Assembly: GCF_001194135.2 (NCBI RefSeq)
Contig: NC_068990.1
Coordinates: 64,048,884 to 64,112,883 of the forward strand
Direction of reading: 5' to 3'
DNA: 64,000 nt
Source of the DNA: Octopus bimaculoides
Lineage: Eukaryota
In this document: in pieces, positions 51,083 through 62,163 of the stretch
Layout of the letters: each line of letters opens with the position of its first letter
Position numbering within the stretch: position 1 is the stretch's first letter
Program-made: the position numbers and the translations under genes
Notes under the pieces: model-generated
Told to the model about the DNA's origin: nothing
Database searches by the model: none
What the model saw: the letters and a program-made list of their open reading frames with translations, nothing else

Positions 51083-51300
51083 CCTTTCTACTATAGGCAC
51101 AAGGCCTGAAATTTTGGTGGGGGAGGGGGATAGTTGATTATATCGACCCCCATGCATGACTAGTACTTGTTTCATCAGCCCCGAAAAGATGAAAGGCAAA
51201 GTCAACCTCACTGGAATTTGAACTTGGAAAACAAAGACGAACAAAATGCCACTGAGCATTTTGCCCAGCATGCTAGTGAATCTGTCAGTTCATTGCCTTG
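49972..51300 (-). mobile_element. Cluster of four family A SINEs (about 49972-50192, 50235-50440, 50830-51048, 51078-51300)
   Basis: Repeated TTCTGCCAGCTC, ATTTGAACT and GGATGAAAGGCAAAGT motifs, separated mainly by (AAT)n/(GAT)n. Confidence 0.88.
50457..50828. mobile_element. Helentron-associated (HINE/DINE-like) non-autonomous element
   Basis: Subterminal inverted repeat CTCTGCC (50483) / GGCAGAG (50818), 3' hairpin CCTT-CGCT-AAGG, internal (ACAA)n. Confidence 0.6.
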
Positions 51301-51347
<47 letters not shown>

Positions 51348-51348
<1 letters not shown>

Positions 51349-51597
51349 TGGCAAAATGTAGAACCTCATGACTAAAACAATACCTGTTGTGATAGGTGTC
51401 TTAGAAATGATAGCAAAAGAGGCTGTTTACTACCTAGCTCAGATACCAGGAAACCCCAAAATGACAGAAATTCAAAAGATAGTGCTCACATCTTACATAA
51501 CATACTGTCTGTGTAATCTCAAATTTTAAAACAAACTCATAATTTTCTTATGTTTTCTTAAACATTCTATAGAACAATACTATGTGCAAAACCAAAT
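51348..51597 (+). mobile_element. 5'-truncated R4/Dong-like element (end of endonuclease plus 3'UTR) inside (AAT)n
   Basis: TKTIPVVIGVLEMIAK...QIPGNPKMTEIQKIVL resembles the RLE C-terminal PVVIGALG...IQK motif; (AAT)n on both sides. Confidence 0.8.
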
Positions 51598-52635
51598 ATA
51601 ATAATAATAATTATAATAATAATAATAATGATAATAATGATGATGATGATAATAACGACGATGACGATGATGATGATAGTAACCATCATTAAATTAACTT
51701 ATTCTATGCTAGTGTAGTTTAGAGGAGAGTGTTCTATAGGAGGGTACTCTTCCTGTCACTAACTCTTGTTTCTAAATAAGTAATTTATTCTGCTGGTCTT
51801 TCAAATGCCAAATCTCTCAAAGGACAGACAGTTTTTTTTAATGGCACATGTTAACAAATAGCATTGCCTATGCAGTGGAATTGTGTAGAAGCAATGCCAA
51901 AACATAAGTAACACACACACACTTACGCATTCTAACCTCCACCTGGCACAATGCCACCTCTTCCAATACCACCATCCCTCTCAAAGGATCTTCAACTTGC
52001 AAGTTACTTGGTGAGCTTGCTGGTGCCATGTCAAAAAAGCATCCAATCCAGTCTGTAAAGTGACTGGCATTTGGAAGGTGTAAAGTGGTTGGCATTAAGA
52101 AAGGTATCCAGCTGTAAAAACTATGCTAAAATAGACAGAGAGGTCTAGTGCAGTCCTTTGATTTGCCAGCTCCTATCAAACTTTCCACCCTTGCCAGCAT
52201 AGAAGACAGAGGTTAAATGATGATGATACACACACATACACACACACACACACACATGCGCGTGCGTGTATATATGAAGTTGATAAGTCTGAAATTTAGT
52301 GCATGAATTCTGTAATCATGATAGCAAGAATCTTCAATATTTGTTTGGTGAATATTGTTGTTGTTCATTGTGAATATTTCATTAAACAAAGAATCTCATT
52401 CATTTTTAAAATATTAAGACTATCTTTCAGCTCATTATTTTATTATTTTTCACCAGCTTTTTAAATAAACAGATCATTGGAAAGTATACACTTATTAGCT
52501 GTGAGCATGATTCTATCATTTAGCAAATAAGCTTTGAGTTATGCAACTGAATCCACTACTCTGTTGAAAAAGAGAAAGATAATGATGGTGTGAGTTAGAC
52601 ACAGTTTTTATTGTAGGGAAATATTTCATTTGATT

Positions 52636-53455
52636 ATGGTGGTGAGCTGGCAGAAACGTTAGCACACCGGGCGAAATGCTTGCTGGTATTTCTGAGTTCA
52701 AATTCCGCCAAGGTCGACTTTGCCTTTCATTCTTTTGGGGTTGATTAAATAAGTACCAGTTAACCACTGGGGTCGATATAATCGACTTAATCCGTTTGTC
52801 TGTCCTTGTTTGTCCCCTCTATGTTTAGCCCCTTGTGGGCAGTAAAGAAATAAGAAGCGTTAGCATGCTGGGCAAAATGCTTAATGGTATTTTGTCTATC
52901 TTTACGTTCCGAGTTCAAATTCCTCCGAGGCCGACTTTGCATTTTATCCTTCCGGGGTCGATAAATTAAGTACCAGTTGTGTACTGGAGATTGATCTAAT
53001 AGACTGGCCCTCTCCCCGAAAATTTCGAGCCTTGTGCCTAGAGTAGAAAAGAATATTATGTTTGATTGGCTGGAACTTCAGTATATCGTTAAGGCAGTGA
53101 GCTGGCAGAATCGTTAACACATCAGTTAAAATACTTAGTGACATTCTGAGTTCAAATTCTGCGGAGGTTGACTTTGTCTTTCATTCTTTCAGGGTCGATA
53201 AAATAAGCAGCAATTCTCATAGTTAGAGACCTCGTGCCAAAATTTTAATCAATTCTGTTTGGAAGGTATACTGGGCAAAATGTTTAGCTGCATTTTGTCC
53301 ATCCTTACATTCTGAGTTCAAATGCTGCCAAAGTCAGCTTTGCCTTTCATCCTTTTGGGGGTTGATAAAATAAGTACCAGTTGAGTTCTCGTGGTCATGT
53401 ATTTGACATACCCACTCTTCTGAAATTGTGGTCATGTACCAAAATTTGAAATAAA
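52636..53455 (+). mobile_element. Cluster of four head-to-tail family A SINEs
   Basis: Four B boxes GAGTTCAAAT and four CTTTCATxCTTTxGGGGTxGAT-like bodies. Confidence 0.88.
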
Positions 53456-54699
53456 TAGAGCAGCCTGTGATATTTCAGCAAGCAATGTGAACATTAGTTA
53501 ATACTTTCCTGCATTAAAAAATGAGTTGTAAAGATTAATCAAAATTTTGGTCTCATCTTTTTAACTTTGTGCAGTCATGACATTGTGGGTAGCAAGTTTT
53601 CTTTACAACAAGGCAATTTCAGGTTGGATCTCACTGCAAGGCATTTTGAGCAAGTTTCTTTTGAGCAGGGCTTCAGGTTGACTAAAGCCTTGTGACGAGA
53701 TTGAATTAAGACCTATAAAAGCACTTACAAGATCTTGGTGTCCCCATATATATGTAATTCAAAATATAGACAATAATAAACGATAAATTAAATTTCTATT
53801 TTTCAAAATGATTCAAAACTAGCAGCAAGATGGAATACATATTTATTTATGTATACTTCCACTTCATTTATATTTGAAAAGTTTTCTTCTCTTTTTTAAA
53901 AGCAAAGCCTTTTATCAGATCCTCACTATGACATCATGAACACTTTGAAATCATATTTCTGATCATATAAACCACTTTGAATATTATTTTAGCAAGTTTA
54001 CAGTGATTTCTTTTGTACTGCAAACCATTTACCATTTCTGTGGGGCCTCCCTTCCTTTTAATGCTCAGAGCACATGCTTATTTTGCTTAATGATTAATCC
54101 AGTGTTGTTCTAAGATTCTACTACAATGGGTATTCTAGTTTTAAAATATGTGCATCACATCTGTGCATATTATGAGGCAAGTTAACGCGTTGGTAATAGG
54201 AAGGATATCTAGCTGCAAAACACTACCTTAGAAAACCTGTCCAACCCATATCAGCATGGAAAACTGATGATGACGGTGGTGGTGATGGGGGATTTGGTTT
54301 TGGTGGTGATGATGATAATGATGATGATATTGTTTCCTATGACCGTGCAGTTATGTTGATGGTCATGATTCTAAAGATATAAATGATAATTAAGAGGTTA
54401 CAGAATAACGAAGCAGTAATTATAATGATGTAACAGATGGCAATAAACGTTTTTAATATTGTTGCTATTTAGCCCTAAGTCAATCCTGTTTGACCTGTGG
54501 CTAAATAACAGCAACACTACAATCATTGCAATCATTAAAATCCAAGATGTTCCATTCATGGCCATCCTACGTTTATTCTTTTATTTGACACAGTGTATCC
54601 AGGACTACAATATCTAAGTAGTCTTTCTTTTAATATGCTAGAGTTTGTTATATAAAGGATATTTAGCTGCTGTTTCTAGCAGTTCAAGAGACTATATAG

Positions 54700-54950
54700 A
54701 AGTTCATGCTTAATATATCAGTTGTTAAGGGAGATGTAGTAGTATTGGTGGTGGTGGTGGTGACAATGGTGGCAGTTGTGATGGTGGTGGGCAGTGTTGT
54801 TGCTGTCGTCATCATCGGTGGTGGTGGTGGTGACAGTGGTGACAGCCGTGGTGGTGGTAGTGCTGTTGTTGTCGGCGGCGGCAGCGGTGGTGGTGACAGC
54901 AGTGGCAGTGGTTGCAGTAGTGGTGGTGGTCGTTGTCATGGCAGTGATTG
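54700..54950. repeat. (GGT/GTT)n low-complexity tract
   Basis: Imperfect trinucleotide repeat; its ORFs are poly-V/G/T artefacts. Confidence 0.85.
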
Positions 54951-55205
54951 TTAATATATATATACTAGTGCATTATAAGATGATGATGAGCATTGTAGTA
55001 TTGGCAGCAATAATATGGTGTTTATATTCGTAGTAGCTGCATGATAGTTGTTGGATGGTAATAATAATGATTCTGTGATTCTGATGTGGGTTATGGATGA
55101 AGGACAAACATTAAGAAGCAAAAGTTGATTGCATTAACAGAAACTCTGGTGAAATATATGCTTGATTTCTTCTTTTATATATATTTTTTTTATATTTTAT
55201 ATTAG

Positions 55206-55449
55206 GAACTGGAAGCAGAAAGAACCAAATTATTGGAAGAAGTATCACTGAACAATCGTAAAATGAAAGAACTAGAAGACAATTTGTTGTTCCGTCTGAC
55301 ATCAACTGAAGGTTCACTTGTTGAAGATGAGTCTCTCATACAAGTTTTGAGTGTTACTAAGATAACAGCCCAAGAAGTCAGTGAAAAACTGGTGGTTGCT
55401 GCAGACACAGAGCTAAAGATAAATACTGCCCGAGAGGAATTCAGACCAG
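55206..55449 (+). CDS. DNAH5/8: Dynein heavy chain exon 14: AAA5 extension / buttress coiled coil
   Basis: ttag|GAACTG...CCAG|gtgaga; [45 protein letters not shown]...[10 protein letters not shown]; ends in phase 1. Confidence 0.95.
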
Positions 55450-55589
55450 GTGAGATTTATGGTTGATATCTTGTTGATGCTGCAGTAAAATTAGGTTATT
55501 GGCCCTGTCACAAATCTACAATAATGTAACACATTTTATAATGAACCAATCAGAGAGCGTTTTTGATGATCACCTGACCTACAAATAAT

Positions 55590-55786
55590 GGTTTCACATT
55601 TTGGCAAACGGCCAGCAATTCCAAGAGAGGGACTAATTTGATTAAATCGACCCCAGTGCTCAACTGGTACTTATTTTATCGACCCCAAGAGGATGGAAGG
55701 CAAAGTTGACCTCAGTGGCATTTGAACACAATGTAAAGACGAACGAAATACCGCCTGACATGTTATTCTGCCAGCTCACTGCCTTA
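55590..55786 (-). mobile_element. Family A SINE with 15-bp TSD
   Basis: TGACCTACAAATAAT (55575-55589) and TGACTTACAAATAAT (55787-55801) flank the copy. Confidence 0.85.
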
Positions 55787-56409
55787 TGACTTACAAATAA
55801 TAGCAGCCAAATCACACCACTTTACTGTCTTAAAAAGGAAGGACATATTGGACATCCCTATGAAAAAAAATGTATAAAGAAATAGAATAGTTATGGCTGG
55901 CATGCTTTTGATCATCTGCTCAGACAGAGATGACCTGGGGCTGAACAACAACAACAATAATAACCTTTAGTTATAATCATGTCTCAATTATAGCACCATC
56001 TTATTCAGTAATGGAATTGAGTTAGATGGTAATGCAATATCCTTGATTAATTAATGTTCAGAGGATCGGTCTAGAGGTGAACAAAGTAAACTCATACATT
56101 TAGTTGATTAGAAAGAAGACAAAGAATAATTAATAAATGTTGCTATTACTATAGAAATAGAAAACACAAAAACAATCTTCTGGAAAGTAGGAGGTAGTTA
56201 TTTGCTACGTATATCTTGTCATTTCCATCACTAACCTCATTGAAGAGCATTGGTCATAATAAATCTCTTTGTGATGCATTTTGGTAAATGCATAAAGCAT
56301 TCCTTGTTTCACACTCATTGTGAACTTGATAACAAAAGGAAAGGGCTCCAATAGAGATCACAGTTCAAAATATTTTTAATATTTTTCTCTTCATTGGGGC
56401 AGATTTTTT

Positions 56410-56575
56410 GTAGGCACAGGAGTGGGTGTGTGGTAAGTAGCTTGTTTACTAACCACATGGTTCCAGGTTCAGTCCCACTGCATGGCACCTTGGGTAAGTG
56501 TCTTCTACTATAGCCTCGGGCCGACCAAAGCCTTGTGAGTGGATTTGGTAGACGGAAACTGAAAGAAGCCTATCG

Positions 56576-56606
<31 letters not shown>

Positions 56607-56667
56607 ATTTGTGTGTCTGTGTTTGTCCCCCCAACATTGCTTGACAACCGATGCTGGTGTGTTTATG
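56410..56667 (+). mobile_element. Family C SINE, cut by an N gap
   Basis: tRNA-like head GTGTGGTAAG...GGTTCAGTCCCA, CORE-like GGCACCTTGGGTAAGTGTCTTCTACTATAGCC. Confidence 0.85.
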
Positions 56668-57357
56668 NNNNNNNNNNNNNNNNNNNNNNNNNNNNNNNNN
56701 NNNNNNNNNNNNNNNNNNNNNNNNNNNNNNNNNNNNNNNNNNNNNNNNNNNNNNNNNNNNNNNNNNNNNNNNNNNNNNNNNNNNNNNNNNNNNNNNNNNN
56801 NNNNNNNNNNNNNNNNNNATTTCAGTCTTACTGAAACCTCATCAACCAAGTATACTCTTCACTACATTTGCTAAAACAGGGATCAAAAGATTACTAAGTA
56901 GATGTAAATTAATACATATTTTCTTGTTTTTGTTTTTTTGGTGTAGAAAAACAGAAATGTTCAGTGACTATATCATTCTTAGGCAATGTCTGCATGAGAA
57001 AAATGAAATAAAAGGAAGAAAGTTACATTTGTGTTAGCAGTTTTACTGCAAAGAGCATAAAAAATTGGCTTGCATAATGTTACATGGTGAGGAGGAAACA
57101 ATGCTTAATGTTATTTTGAGAAGTATAGGAGATAATTGTGGACATATTTCAATCTTATTAGATTTCCTCAGCAAAACATAGACTTCAGTTTTGGTTTTTA
57201 AATTACTGACTCCTGAAAATATAGACTAGCACTAATATTCAAGAAAAGCAGAAAGACTAATGACTTACTGGCAAAATGCCAAAGTAACAGAAAATTAATA
57301 TGTAAATTGATGGTTGGTAGAGCTGACATTGAATTCTCTCAAATTATCATCATAATT

Positions 57358-58150
57358 TTTTCTAATATAGGCACAAGGCCTGAAATTTTTTAAGGGAGAG
57401 GGCTAGTTGATTACATTGAACCCATAGCTCACCTGGTACTTATTTCATCGAGCCTGAAAGGATGAAAGGCAAAGTCAACAGTGGCAGAATTTGAACTCAG
57501 CACATAACGACAGTTGAAAAGCTGCTCAGCATTTTGCCTGGTGAGCTAACAGCTCTGCCAGCTCACCACCTTCATTATAATAATAATAATGATGATGATG
57601 ATGATGATGACGACGACGATCCATGTACCTGGTGTACCCTTATCAGACAGGTAGTCACAATGGGTATACTGGGCTTCGTATATTTTGCTCCAGTGTCATT
57701 TTGATGGCATGTACTGCTCTCTCACTCAATAATAATAATAATAACAATAAAGGCCTGAAGTTTTTGTGGATGGAGGGAATTAGTTGATTACATCAAGCTC
57801 AGTGTTTCACTGGTACTTAATTTATTGACCTCTGCAGAATTTGAACTCAGATCATAAAGACAGACGAAATGCCGCAAAGCATTTTGCCAAGTGTGCTAAT
57901 AATTTTGCCAGCTCACCATCTTAATAGTAATAACCATAATGATAATAATTATGATGATGAGAATAATTATTTTCTACTATAAGCTCAAGGGCTGAAATTT
58001 TGGGGAATAGGCTAGTTGATTACATTGACCCCAGTACTTGACTGCTACTTATTTTATCGACCCCAAAAAAGATGAAAGGCGAAGTCAACCTCAGCAGAAT
58101 TTGAACTCAGAATGTAAAGATGACACTAAGATCTGCCAGCTTGCAGCCTT
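57358..58150 (-). mobile_element. Three family A SINEs, with a short unrelated element at 57619-57727
   Basis: Family A motifs on the minus strand. Confidence 0.8.
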
Positions 58151-58184
58151 AATGATATTGATGATGATGATAATCATCATCATC

Positions 58185-58222
<38 letters not shown>

Positions 58223-58223
<1 letters not shown>

Positions 58224-58705
58224 TCCTGATGCAGTACCAGGCAGTGGCTCTGGGCTACAGCAAATATTCTGCTTAATACCACAGATTTACTTGTCAGTTG
58301 TTTGGCCTTAACCAGTTGAGCATGTCCCTTGGTGGCTGATGATATGTCATCTCTGATCATGAGCAGAAGTAGTGGGGGAGCATCACAGCCATGTGTTGAG
58401 AGGAATTCTTTGGGGTTTGAATAATTCATCATTGGAAACATGGGTGTTTTGCTCAACATCCTTAAACAAACCTTATTCAGGGACCTTTTGAGTGGGATGG
58501 GCTACTCGGCCTGAAGAAAATTCTAACTGGGCCCCACCTGCGAGGTCATGCGCTGTTTATCTTGATATGAGATCACCATGTCGCGCACATATGGTTGTGA
58601 TGCATGTACCTGGTGTACATCAGATGAGTAATCATGATGGGTATATTGGGCTTCTGATAACTGTATCCCAGTGTCATTTTGATGGCATGCGCTACTCTCT
58701 TGCTC
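58223..58705 (+). mobile_element. Unclassified non-coding element inside (AAT)n; 3' part repeated at 57619-57727
   Basis: Shared end CATGTACCTGGTGTAC...CCAGTGTCATTTTGATGGCATG...CTCAATAAT in both copies. Confidence 0.65.
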
Positions 58706-58829
58706 AATAATGATAACAACAACAAGAACAACAATAATAATAATAATAATAATAATAATGACAACAATAATAATAGTAATAATAATGCTGCTGTTGTTGT
58801 TATTGTAATTGTTGTAGTTGTTGTTGTTG

Positions 58830-59060
58830 TTAAGGTGGTAAGCTGGCAGAATCGCTAGCATGCTGGGCAAAATGCTTAGCAGCATTTCATCCGTCCTTAT
58901 GTTCTGAGTTCAAATTTCCCCGAGTTCAACTTTCATCCTCTTGGTCTTCCATCCTCTCGAGTCGATAAAATAGGTATCAGTTGAGTACTAGGGTCGATGT
59001 AATCAACCACCATCCTCCCTTGAATTTTCAGGCCTTGTGCCTATAGTAGTAAGGATTATT
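58830..59060 (+). mobile_element. Family A SINE with (ATT)n tail
   Basis: AAGCTGGCAGAATCGCTAGC head, GAGTTCAAAT, CAGGCCTTGTGCCTATAGTAG tail. Confidence 0.85.
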
Positions 59061-59319
59061 ATTATTATTATTGTTGTTGTTGTTATTATTATTATTATCA
59101 TTATTATTATTATTATCAATCTTCAAATTGGTATTTACAAAATGTAACTATTTTCTTGACTAGAAAATACATACAAGAGGTGTGTGTGCAGGTGATTTCT
59201 ATGCATTAAATATATCTAGATGACAACAACAAAATGTATTTATTCAGAATGCACACTCTCTCTCTCTCTCACACACACACACACAATCTATTCAGGTGGC
59301 TTTTACAATCTACATCTAA

Positions 59320-59820
59320 CTGGACAACACTGAATCACCAAACCTTTGTCTAGTAACTGCCTCTTCTTTAGATAATATGTTGAGGTTTTTGTCTACAGTG
59401 CTGATATTTACAGACTACATCTGTCTGGTTAAATATACAGTATATAGGCTGTGAATTTCCATTTAACATTTGCAGACGATATCTGTCCAGATAATTTGTA
59501 CAGTAATTTACATCCACAAACACATCAACATCTATAGGTAGTATCTATCAAACCATATTTACACTCTACAAAGTCTGAACAACATTTACAGTCAGCGTCT
59601 AACCAGTTAATATCTATACAATAGAACCACTGAAAATGGCATTTACATATTGTATATGTGCAAATATTTGGACTATGAATCTCTCTAGACAAGTTTACAC
59701 TCTGCATCTATCCAAACTAATTTGCACTGTGCATCTGTGCACATGACACACACATAGATGATATCTACATACTGTATCCATCCAGTCGACATCTACAGAT
59801 TGTATCTGTCCATTCAATGT
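59320..59820. repeat. Degenerate minisatellite, unit about 27-28 bp
   Basis: Recurring AYATYTACA...CATCTRTCCA, e.g. ACATCTACAGATTGTATCTGTCCA, ATATCTACATACTGTATCCATCCA. Confidence 0.6.
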
Positions 59821-60269
59821 TTTGAGAGATTTTATTGATCAAATCAATATCTATAGATTTGGTAGCTATATAATTAATATCTGTGTTCCAGTTTGTGATG
59901 CAGTGTGTCAGTGCTAATCAAGACATTGAAACATTGATGGAGAAAGTGTGTGCAAAATGATAGTGGTGCACTTTCTCTCACTGACGCCTAGGAAAAAAAA
60001 GATACTAAAATGTTACAACAGGATAGTATTGTTTGTTTAGCCCTAGGTCAGCCTTGATTGAGCAGAATTATGATCAAAGGCACTCTGCCCATGATTATCC
60101 TATCTTTTTTTTCCTGTGTGCAGGGAAGTCAGGACTACATTATCTAACAAGTCCTTTTCTAGAATAGCAGAGTGTGGTTTGAGGAAGATTTAGCTGTTAT
60201 TTTTAGTTCAATGAGGAATAGAGAACTTAGATATGCATTGATCAAGGTTTGGCTCTTCACTTAATATTA

Positions 60270-61185
60270 TAGCTTTCCAGGTCACTTCAAAGAAATTCAA
60301 GATTGGTTGTCCGTAGGAACTCTTGTACACCTGCAATGTAGTTTCCATGGGTAAATCTGTTAAAGATTTAGAGAAGAAATTTTAAAATGGAAATAAAACC
60401 TTAAATCAAGAGGCTTCAAAGTAAAATTATCAAAGACAAAGATTTCAACTGGAAAGACAAGCCTCCACTGTCATCTGAGGAGTGGTTGTGTTTGATTTAT
60501 AGAAAAGGTTTAGGCAGGAATGCCATTCATCACCCCTAATGGTGAGATAGGATTATAGACAGGCTGACAGGGAAGAAAGAGTTTGTCGGTAGCAAATGCA
60601 CTGAAGTAATTAGCAAGACAAACACCAGGTATTGTATTATTTAAAATGATGCTCTCTAGTCATTGACAGCTTCTGTTAATTTGAGGATCTATTTAGCAAA
60701 GTTGGTGGGTGTTCTAAAAGCATAGTAGCCAGAGTAAGGACAGGATAGAAAGTGTTAAGATAACTGTTACTGCTACTGGTAACATAGGGATTCTTTTCAG
60801 AGTGAAGGGTCGCTTGTATGATGTTTGTGTATGGTTATTGCATGGTAGAGAAATATGGACATTAAAAGCAAAACATTTGCAAAAGCTGGAAAGAAATGAA
60901 GCCAGCATACTCTGCACGATATGTAATTTTAGTGTGCATAAAGAATGAATAATGAATGAGCAGAACAAAAAAAAAAAAAAGAAGAACTGGTTATAGGAGG
61001 AATCAAATGTAGTATGGTAAGAGAAAAGATTGCTCTGGTGCTGACATGTGATGCATAAGATTGACAAAAGCTGGAAAATGAAGTGTCAAACAATACGAGT
61101 GGAATGAATTGTGGAAGTGGAAGATCATTGAGCATTGTCCAACCATGCAAGCATGGAGTCAAAGATGGAAAATGATAAGGAAATT
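60270..61185 (+). mobile_element. Older degenerate copy of the PHD-bearing RTE family
   Basis: Colinear with about 47110-48000 (GAAATTCAAGA..GG..GTCC, AGAAAAGG..TAGG.AG.AA, AGAGTGAAGGGTCGCTTGTATGATG, GAAATGAAGCCAG). Confidence 0.75.
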
Positions 61186-61644
61186 AGATGCTTACCTAGC
61201 CAATAACTACAAATGGTTGAAGCCATCTCATCAAAATTTTGCATTGCATACATAGATGAATATGCATGTGTGTGTGTGTGTGTATGCATATATACGTGTA
61301 TGTGCATTGATTTATGTCAGCTGAATGAGAGTGAGGTGCTCAATACATGCTGTAGCAGCTATGGATGTGTTTTTATTCAAACTGAAACTGAGAGTTTGTC
61401 TCATGACTTGAGATTCATGCTCTAGCAATCTTGAGGTGAGAAGTGAATATTGCAGTGGTTGGAAACTTATGTCATAAGAGACAAACTCTCAAATTTCAGT
61501 TTCAATGTTGAAAGAAAGAAAAAAATCTCATTTTACCAGCACTTGTCAAACTGTCTAACCCATGCCAGCAGGGAAGATAAATATCAAATGATGATGATGA
61601 GGAGGGGGAGGAGGAGAAGGATATATANNNNNNNNNNATATATA

Positions 61645-61690
<46 letters not shown>

Positions 61691-61784
61691 CAAACATACA
61701 CATACACGCACACACACATATATGTATTGCATATATAGATATATTTATATATATTTACTCTTTTATTCTTTTACTTGTTTCAAG

Positions 61785-62163
61785 CTATGGTGTGGGTGAT
61801 ATCTTCGGTGTTAACTACATAAAGTCTGCATCAGTTATCACATTTTACTGCTTTTTCTGCATCTCTATCCCTTTTGTGCATCAGGTACTTGGTTGATATT
61901 TCCTGTTCCTGGATTGCAAACGCATACCCTTCAAAGCAGGAGGTAGTAATCCAGCTATTGGTCCATGATAAACTGCTTTGATGATTGGTGTTACTATCAT
62001 CACAGAGCTTTCTACTAACATATTCATGCATAGTCTTCTGCTCACATAAGCTCATTGTTTCATCTGATGATATGTTACAGTAGAGTCATGTGACTTTTTT
62101 GGGTATGTATTCTAGGTTATCAGGCAAGGAATGTTGCTCAAGGAGCTACCTTCCAAGTCTAAT
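61785..62163 (-). mobile_element. Second RLE-type (R4/R2-like) retrotransposon fragment
   Basis: QKTMHEY...SLSW...FEGYAFAIQEQEISTKYL...CDN*CRLY..NTEDITH parallels the EGFIIAAQDQ...CxxC...H...C block at 31602-32246. Confidence 0.65.

Noticed and set aside
54706-55033. Gly/Val/Thr-rich ORFs
   Set aside because: Translation of (GGT)n low-complexity DNA, with no splice or homology support.
58091-58459. 122-aa minus-strand ORF
   Set aside because: It runs into poly-Ile microsatellite, lies in a repeated element and has no recognisable domain.
59320-59820. CRISPR-like appearance
   Set aside because: No invariant repeat alternating with unique spacers, no cas genes, and the context is a eukaryotic intron.
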